Shown here: piece by piece, positions 26,956-33,146 of the stretch | Layout: each line of letters begins with the position of its first letter | How positions within the stretch are numbered: the first letter of the stretch is position 1 | From: an uncultured Collinsella sp. | GTDB lineage: Bacteria; Actinomycetota; Coriobacteriia; Coriobacteriales; Coriobacteriaceae | Direction: 5' to 3' | Length of the DNA: 33,146 nt | NCBI GenBank assembly: GCA_902470265.1 | Contig: CABRFW010000001.1 | Location: 1-33,146 of the forward strand | Position numbers and translations under genes: made by a program | The notes under the pieces: model-generated | Told to the model about the DNA's origin: nothing | What the model saw: only the letters and a program-made list of their open reading frames with translations | Database searches by the model: none

Positions 26956-29835
26956 TTATTGAGCATCAAGTTGAGCCTGACGCTCCCGGTCACGCCTGAG
27001 CAACGGCGCCAAAAACTTGCCCGTATAACTCTGCGGACAGTCCGCAACCTGCTCCGGTGTGCCCGAAACCACGACGGTTCCGCCGCCGTTACCGCCCTCG
27101 GGACCCATATCGATCAGGCGGTCGGCAACCTTGATGACATCAAGGTTGTGCTCAATCACCAGCACCGTGTTGCCCGCATCGACCAAGCGCTGCAGCACAT
27201 CGAGCAGCTGGCGGACGTCCTCAAAATGAAGGCCGGTCGTCGGCTCGTCCAAAATATAGAACGTCTTGCCCGTCTGGCGTCGATGAAGCTCCTTGGCGAG
27301 CTTCACACGCTGCGCCTCGCCGCCCGAGAGCGTCGTGGCGGGCTGGCCCAGGCTCACGTAGCCCAAGCCTACATCGTACAGCGTTTGGAGCTTGCGCTTA
27401 ATCTGCGGGATATTCCCAAAGAAGGCCAGCGCCTCGGTGACGCTCATGTCGAGCACGTCCGAGATGGTCTTGCCACGGTAGGTGACCTCGAGTGTCTCGC
27501 GGTTGTAGCGTTTACCGCCGCAAACTTCGCAGGGAACGTAGATATCGGGAAGGAAGTGCATCTCGATCTTGATCTGCCCGTCGCCCTTGCACGCCTCGCA
27601 GCGCCCGCCACTCACATTAAAGGAGAAACGACCCGGCGAGTAGCCGCGCGCCTTCGACTCCGGCGTACTCGCAAACAGCGCGCGAAGATCATCCCACAGG
27701 CCGATATAGGTAGCAGGGTTGGAACGCGGCGTGCGGCCAATCGGCGACTGGTCGATATCGATAACCTTATCGATACACTCGATGCCCTCGATTTTTTTAT
27801 ACGGACCCACAGGGCGCGTCGAACGGTGAATAGCATTCGTAAGGGCAGGCGCAATGGTGTCGGTAACCAGGGAGCTCTTGCCCGATCCCGACACGCCGGT
27901 AACAACCGTAAGCGTACCAAACTCGATCTTGGCAGTAACGTTTTTGAGGTTGTTGGCTCGAGCGCCCGTAATTTTAAGGCAGCCGCGACCGGGCTTGCGC
28001 CGTTCATCAGGCACCCGAATCATTCGTTTGCCGGTCAGATAAGCGCCCGTCATCGACTCAGGACACGCCATGATATCGGCAGGCGTTCCCGCCGCGACTA
28101 CGTGTCCGCCGTTGACGCCGGCGCCGGGCCCCATGTCGATCACGTAATCGGCGGCACGAATTGTATCCTCGTCGTGTTCGACGACGATAACGGTATTGCC
28201 GATATCGCGCAGGCGCTCGAGCGTCTTGATCAAGCGCTCGTTGTCACGCTGATGAAGACCGATCGAGGGCTCGTCCAGAATATAGAGCACGCCCATGAGA
28301 CCCGCGCCGATCTGCGTTGCCAGGCGAATACGCTGCGCCTCGCCACCGGAAAGCGTCGCCGAGGCACGATCGAGCGTCAGATAGTCGAGTCCAACATCGA
28401 CCAGAAAACGCAAGCGCTCCAGGATTTCCTTGACGATACGGCCGCCGATAAACTGTTGGCGCTCGGTGAGTTCCAGGCCCTCAAAAAACTCGAGCGATTC
28501 ACGGCACGACAGGCAACAAACCTCGTAAATGGACTTGCCGCCCACGGTGACGGCGAGCATCTCAGGGCGCAAACGAGCGCCGTGGCAGCTCGAGCACGGC
28601 TCCTCGCGAATGTACTTCTCCAGGCGCGCCTTGGTGTTCTCGTTCGTCGTCTCGGTATAGCGTTCGTACAGGATGTTGCGAACGCCCGAAAACTTGGTAT
28701 CCCACTGGCTGCGACGTCCGTCGAGCTTTTGGTAGTCGACCGAGATCTTCGTATCGCCCAGGCCATCCAAGAATGCACGACGCACGCGAGGGGGCAAGTC
28801 CTCCCACGGCGTATCGGTGCTCACCTTAAAGTGTTTGCAGACCGCAGCAAAAATCTGCGGATAGTAGTTCGAGTTGCCAAACAGGCTACCAAAGACTCCG
28901 TCGGCAATGGACTTCGAGGGGTCCTCGATCAACGCCTCGGCATCAACGGTTTTCTTAAAGCCCAGGCCGTCGCACTCAGGACATGCGCCATAGGGAGCGT
29001 TGAACGAAAAATCACGCGGCTGAAGATCGTCAATGGAGTGACCATGCTCCGGGCACGCCAAGGCCAACGAATACTCCAGCAGCTCGCCCTCGGTCCCCTC
29101 GGGAGCATCACGATCGGGCAGCATGTACACGTTTACATTGCCGTGAGCCAGCGCGGTCGCCTGCTCAACAGACTCGGCGATACGGCCCAGAGAATTCTCA
29201 CGGATCACGATGCGATCGACCACGACCTCGATATCGTGCTTGAACTTTTTGTCCAGATCGATAGGGTCGTCGAGCGAGCGCACTTCGCCGTCAACGCGCA
29301 CGCGGCTAAAGCCCTCGGCGCGAAGGTCCTCAAACAGTTTGGTGTACTCGCCTTTTCGCCCGCGCACCACCGGTGCCAGCACAAACGCGCGGCGGCCCTC
29401 CCCCGCCGCCAAGACCTTGTCGGCAACCTGGTCGGTCGTCTGGCGCTCAATGACGCGGCCGCATTCGGGACAGTGCGGGGTGCCCACACGGGCGAACAGC
29501 AGGCGCAGATAGTCATAAATCTCGGTTACGGTGCCAACCGTCGAGCGAGGGTTTTTAGACGTCGTCTTTTGGTCGATCGACACCGCCGGCGAAAGGCCGT
29601 CGATTGAATCCAAGTCGGGTTTGTCCATCTGGCCCAAGAACTGGCGCGCATAGCTCGAAAGGCTCTCGACGTATCGACGCTGGCCCTCGGCATAGATAGT
29701 GTCAAATGCCAGCGAACTCTTGCCCGAGCCAGAAAGACCGGTAATGACCACGAGTTGGTCACGCGGAATGGAAACATCGATATCACGGAGGTTGTGCTCA
29801 CGAGCGCCGCGAATAACGATAGAAGAATCAGACAT
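26956..29835 (-). CDS. uvrA: Excinuclease ABC subunit A
   Basis: GAREHNL, two Walker A motifs ([18 protein letters not shown]), zinc fingers and two LSGGEAQR. Start at ATG 29835 after AAGGAG. Confidence 0.98.
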   Translation of the reverse strand: MSDSSIVIRGAREHNLRDIDVSIPRDQLVVITGLSGSGKSSLAFDTIYAEGQRRYVESLSSYARQFLGQMDKPDLDSIDGLSPAVSIDQKTTSKNPRSTVGTVTEIYDYLRLLFARVGTPHCPECGRVIERQTTDQVADKVLAAGEGRRAFVLAPVVRGRKGEYTKLFEDLRAEGFSRVRVDGEVRSLDDPIDLDKKFKHDIEVVVDRIVIRENSLGRIAESVEQATALAHGNVNVYMLPDRDAPEGTEGELLEYSLALACPEHGHSIDDLQPRDFSFNAPYGACPECDGLGFKKTVDAEALIEDPSKSIADGVFGSLFGNSNYYPQIFAAVCKHFKVSTDTPWEDLPPRVRRAFLDGLGDTKISVDYQKLDGRRSQWDTKFSGVRNILYERYTETTNENTKARLEKYIREEPCSSCHGARLRPEMLAVTVGGKSIYEVCCLSCRESLEFFEGLELTERQQFIGGRIVKEILERLRFLVDVGLDYLTLDRASATLSGGEAQRIRLATQIGAGLMGVLYILDEPSIGLHQRDNERLIKTLERLRDIGNTVIVVEHDEDTIRAADYVIDMGPGAGVNGGHVVAAGTPADIMACPESMTGAYLTGKRMIRVPDERRKPGRGCLKITGARANNLKNVTAKIEFGTLTVVTGVSGSGKSSLVTDTIAPALTNAIHRSTRPVGPYKKIEGIECIDKVIDIDQSPIGRTPRSNPATYIGLWDDLRALFASTPESKARGYSPGRFSFNVSGGRCEACKGDGQIKIEMHFLPDIYVPCEVCGGKRYNRETLEVTYRGKTISDVLDMSVTEALAFFGNIPQIKRKLQTLYDVGLGYVSLGQPATTLSGGEAQRVKLAKELHRRQTGKTFYILDEPTTGLHFEDVRQLLDVLQRLVDAGNTVLVIEHNLDVIKVADRLIDMGPEGGNGGGTVVVSGTPEQVADCPQSYTGKFLAPLLRRDRERQAQLDAQ

Positions 29836-29896
29836 GGAAGCTCCTTGCCTCCTATTGCATCGAATCATACTGTCGATGAGTTTAGCGCACTCGACG

Positions 29897-29910
29897 CGCA
29901 CAGATGTTCG
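29897..29910 (-). promoter_or_regulatory. Putative LexA (SOS/Cheo) box upstream of uvrA
   Basis: CGAACATCTGTGCG is one mismatch from the Gram-positive consensus CGAAC-N4-GTTCG, about 60 nt upstream of uvrA. Confidence 0.6.
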
Positions 29911-30028
29911 TAATACAAGATTCGCAGACCTTTAGCTTTGCGTATCGGGTGCTTTGTTTCTCGAAATGCCGTGGAAAGGTTACAGTAATCTACTACTGAA
30001 CTTAATTTGCTGTAACAGAGGAACGTCC

Positions 30029-32182
30029 ATGACCGAAGATATCCCCCTTGAAATCACTTCGAGCGACATGGCCAATCTGCCCATATTCATCGCCGTCCTT
30101 ATCGTGGCCACCGTCGTCGTGCGCGTGTATTTTTCAATCAAACACAATGAAAAGCCGCCCATTGCCCGCGTCTTTTGGTGCGCGACGCTCCTCATCCCGC
30201 TCGGTATGGTAGCTGCATGGATTACGAATCAATTGCTCGTAAATGAGGACAATTCCCTATGGGTCCTTTCTTATTCGGCGCTCGGTGCTGCCGCCGTCAT
30301 ACTTCTTGTCGAGCCCTTGGTTTCGGGACTTATCGACCAAACCGATCTTGCGACGGGAACGGTTGCCTGTATTTGCCGTGACATCCTTGTCATCGCCGCT
30401 GTTTCAGCGCTCTCGTTCGTTTCGCTCGAAATTGCCTGTAACGAAACGTTCTATCGCATTCCCGCCAACTCATTCGGGTTTTCCGTCGGGCTGCTCGCGA
30501 CGGTTCTGCTCTCCCTTTATTTGCTGGGACAGCGTCATGGAGGCGTCATGGCCCTCGTGCCCGTCGCCTGTTGCATCCTTGGCATTGCCGAGCACTTCGT
30601 CATAACGTTTAAAGGCGAAGCCATCCTGCCAAGCGATATCTTGGCCCTTGGCACCGCAATGGAAGTGAGCGAGGGATACGAGTTTACCTTTACCGCCGGA
30701 ATCGTAACCTCTCTCGCCCTGCTGGAGATTTCCCTGGGGCTTCTTTCGCTTATCCGACCGCGAAAGCTCCGTACGCCCACCCATGTCTTCCCCGCAATCG
30801 CCGCTAACCTCTGCGCTTTTCTGCTAGTGACCGTTGTGGGGCTCTCAGGCTTTTCCAGCATCGACTTGGAGCAGGCGCTGGATTTTGGATTTGACCGTTG
30901 GCAGCCCATCACCACATATACGTCTCAGGGTTTTATCACTTCGTTCACCGAAATGGTCAACGAGTTGCCCATTGAGAAGCCCGAAGGCTATACGCCCGAT
31001 GAGGCGCAGAGCATCGAGCAGGAGCTCGCCGCCGCCTACGACAGCACGTATGGCTCGAGCGAGCAGCGCGCGGCTGCCGTTGCCCAGTTCAATGAAATCA
31101 AGCCGACGATTGTTGCCGTCATGAACGAGAGTTTTAGCGACCTTTCGTGCTTTGAGCAGCTCCAGGCGGCCGGGTACACCGGCCCCGCATTCTACAACTC
31201 GCTTCCCGACACACTTGTTCGCGGCACCATGCTCGCTTCGGTCGCCGGTGGCGGAACGGCGAACTCCGAATTCGAATTTTTGACCGGAGCGACAACGGCC
31301 TTTGTTGGATTGGGCAAAATCCCCTATCAGCTGTATCAGATGAATGGCGTCAACAGCCTGGCAAAGGACCTTAAAGAGCTTGGGTATACCGCTACGGCTA
31401 TGCACCCGCAAAACCCCGTCAACTACCATCGAGATAAAATCTATCAGCAGCTGGGCTTTGGAGACTTTCTTTCAATCGGCGATTTCGAAGGTGCGTCCTA
31501 TTACCATGCCGGCGTATGCGACTACGTCACCTACGACAAGATACTCGACCTGCTTAGAACCGACGAAGCCCCGCAGTTCATCTTTGACGTCACGATGCAA
31601 AATCACGGCGGCTACGACTATGGCACCGTTCCCGCCGAGGAGCTGACAAACTATTGGGTTGAGGGAGCCAGCGAGGGTGCCAATAGCGCGCTCAACACCT
31701 ATCTTACCTGCATCAACGCATCCGACCGGGACCTCGAGTACTTTATCAACGAGCTCCGCAATATCGGCAGACCGGTTGTCCTTGTCTTTTTTGGCGACCA
31801 TCAGCCGAGCGCCGCAACGACTCTCAACGACGAGCTGTACCCCCAGGAAGATACGGCAAGCCACGCTTTCCGTATCTATCAGTCGACATATTTTGTCTGG
31901 GCTAACTATGAAATCGCCGGCAATACCGAGCTCAACGTCTACGACACCGTCGGGGCAAACGAGATTGCAGCCATTACCCTTAATAAGATCGGCGCCCCGC
32001 TCACCGACTATCAAAAGGCTCTGCTTGCAACAAGGTCAGATGTGCCCACCATCAATGTCGCCGGCTACCTTGGTGCCGACGGGCTGCGCTACGACTTGGA
32101 ATCTGAAGACAGCCCATACGCCTCGACGATCGACAAGCTGCAGCGCATGCAATACCTCGAGTTCGCTAGCAAAGTTCAGTAA
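30029..32182 (+). CDS. LTA synthase family (sulfatase-like) membrane protein
   Basis: N-terminal TM region, then MNESF, GGGTANSEFEFLTG (catalytic Thr), MHP, TMQNHGGY and FFGDHQP metal-site motifs. Start at ATG 30029 after GAGG (uncertain). Confidence 0.85.
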   Translation: MTEDIPLEITSSDMANLPIFIAVLIVATVVVRVYFSIKHNEKPPIARVFWCATLLIPLGMVAAWITNQLLVNEDNSLWVLSYSALGAAAVILLVEPLVSGLIDQTDLATGTVACICRDILVIAAVSALSFVSLEIACNETFYRIPANSFGFSVGLLATVLLSLYLLGQRHGGVMALVPVACCILGIAEHFVITFKGEAILPSDILALGTAMEVSEGYEFTFTAGIVTSLALLEISLGLLSLIRPRKLRTPTHVFPAIAANLCAFLLVTVVGLSGFSSIDLEQALDFGFDRWQPITTYTSQGFITSFTEMVNELPIEKPEGYTPDEAQSIEQELAAAYDSTYGSSEQRAAAVAQFNEIKPTIVAVMNESFSDLSCFEQLQAAGYTGPAFYNSLPDTLVRGTMLASVAGGGTANSEFEFLTGATTAFVGLGKIPYQLYQMNGVNSLAKDLKELGYTATAMHPQNPVNYHRDKIYQQLGFGDFLSIGDFEGASYYHAGVCDYVTYDKILDLLRTDEAPQFIFDVTMQNHGGYDYGTVPAEELTNYWVEGASEGANSALNTYLTCINASDRDLEYFINELRNIGRPVVLVFFGDHQPSAATTLNDELYPQEDTASHAFRIYQSTYFVWANYEIAGNTELNVYDTVGANEIAAITLNKIGAPLTDYQKALLATRSDVPTINVAGYLGADGLRYDLESEDSPYASTIDKLQRMQYLEFASKVQ

Positions 32183-32327
32183 GCCCGCCCATTCGCTTGG
32201 ACCCATCGTATTGCAAGCACGCTCGGCCCAAATGCATCGCAAATGACTCCCGCTCGCAAACGAGGGTACAATGACGCTCGTGTCACATCACGGGGCTCCG
32301 GCCCCAACATATACAAAGGAGTCATAC

Positions 32328-33146
32328 ATGGGTTGCGAGCACGCACAGGCCGCCGGCGGACAAACGTCGCCGTCGCAATTTGAGGAGAACACGCTGTCCG
32401 AGGTCAAACGCGTCATCGCCGTGCTTTCCGGCAAGGGCGGTGTCGGCAAGTCGTTTGTCACCGGTGCCATCGCCACCGAGCTTGCCCGTCACGGCCACAA
32501 GGTCGGCGTCCTCGATGCCGACATCACCGGTCCCTCTATCCCCAAGATGTTCGGCATGAGCGGACGCCACGTCCATGCCCTTGGCAACCTCATGCTGCCC
32601 GAAATCTCCGAGCACGGCGTCAAGGTCATGAGCTCCAACCTTCTGCTCCAAAACGAGACCGACCCCGTCCTTTGGCGCGGTCCGGTCATCGCAGGCGCCA
32701 TTAGGCAGTTCTGGAGCGAGACCTCGTGGGGCCCCATCGACTACCTGCTGGTCGACATGCCTCCGGGAACAGGCGACGTCGCTCTCACCGTCTTCCAGTC
32801 ACTGCCCGTCGACGGCATCGTCATCGTCACGAGCCCGCAGGATCTGGTCTCGATGATCGTCGCCAAGGCGGTCAACATGGCCGAGAAGATGAACGTCCCC
32901 ATTCTGGGCATCGTCGAGAACATGAGCTATATCGAGTGCCCCGACTGCGGCAAGAAGATCGAGGTCTTTGGCAAGAGCAAGCTCCCCGAGGTCGCAGAGC
33001 GCTATAACCTCGACATCTTGGGCACGCTTCCCATCAATCCGTCACTCGCCGAGGCCTGCGATAAGGGCGAGGTCGAGACCGCGCTGCCCGATGGCATGTT
33101 GCCCAAGGCAGTCTCTGCCGTCGAGGCCATTACCCCGCACGAGACC
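32328..33146 (+). CDS. mrp: Mrp/NBP35 (ApbC) Fe-S cluster carrier ATPase (partial, no stop inside the window)
   Basis: Not in the ORF track. Manual translation from ATG 32328 (AAGGAG RBS) gives VIAVLSGKGGVGKS, LDADITGPS, WRGP, DMPPGTGD and VENMSYIECPDCG. Confidence 0.92.
   Translation, partial: MGCEHAQAAGGQTSPSQFEENTLSEVKRVIAVLSGKGGVGKSFVTGAIATELARHGHKVGVLDADITGPSIPKMFGMSGRHVHALGNLMLPEISEHGVKVMSSNLLLQNETDPVLWRGPVIAGAIRQFWSETSWGPIDYLLVDMPPGTGDVALTVFQSLPVDGIVIVTSPQDLVSMIVAKAVNMAEKMNVPILGIVENMSYIECPDCGKKIEVFGKSKLPEVAERYNLDILGTLPINPSLAEACDKGEVETALPDGMLPKAVSAVEAITPHET

Noticed and set aside
26959..29607. 882-aa plus-strand ORF and similar long antisense ORFs (89-736, 2778-4445, 5095-6828, 7396-8721, 8649-9860, 10417-11781, 20838-22343, 23101-24906)
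   Set aside because: Each mirrors well-supported minus-strand genes; expected from codon bias in high-GC DNA.
1..33146. CRISPR array, tRNA, rRNA, defence or phage genes
   Set aside because: No regularly spaced repeats, cloverleaf motifs or such protein families were found; all long intervals are explained by the genes listed.

Overview
GC-rich (roughly 60% by eye) bacterial chromosome segment. Gene content and order suggest an actinobacterium of the Coriobacteriia, possibly Collinsella-like (inference). Almost all genes lie on the minus strand. Read in transcription order they are uvrA-ybaK-murJ-uvrC, then a ~10.4 kb sialic-acid utilisation cluster (family-5 ABC transporter, two CE7-type esterase homologues, nanA, ROK nanK, nanE), then rapZ-whiA, gap-pgk-tpiA-gpmI, secG and an oligopeptide-type ABC operon cut by the left edge. 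On the plus strand at the right end are an LTA-synthase-family gene and a truncated Mrp/NBP35 gene. I see no rRNA, tRNA, CRISPR array, phage or IS element. The most notable observations are: (i) a compact three-stem inverted-repeat element and an RBS-occluding hairpin upstream of the nan cluster, which has no regulator gene in this window; (ii) a tandem CE7 esterase pair in which the second copy has lost the catalytic serine; (iii) a LacI-type palindrome shared by the gap and nan upstream regions; (iv) the nan cluster sitting between uvrC and rapZ, with yvcK absent. None of these is proven novel without database searches.
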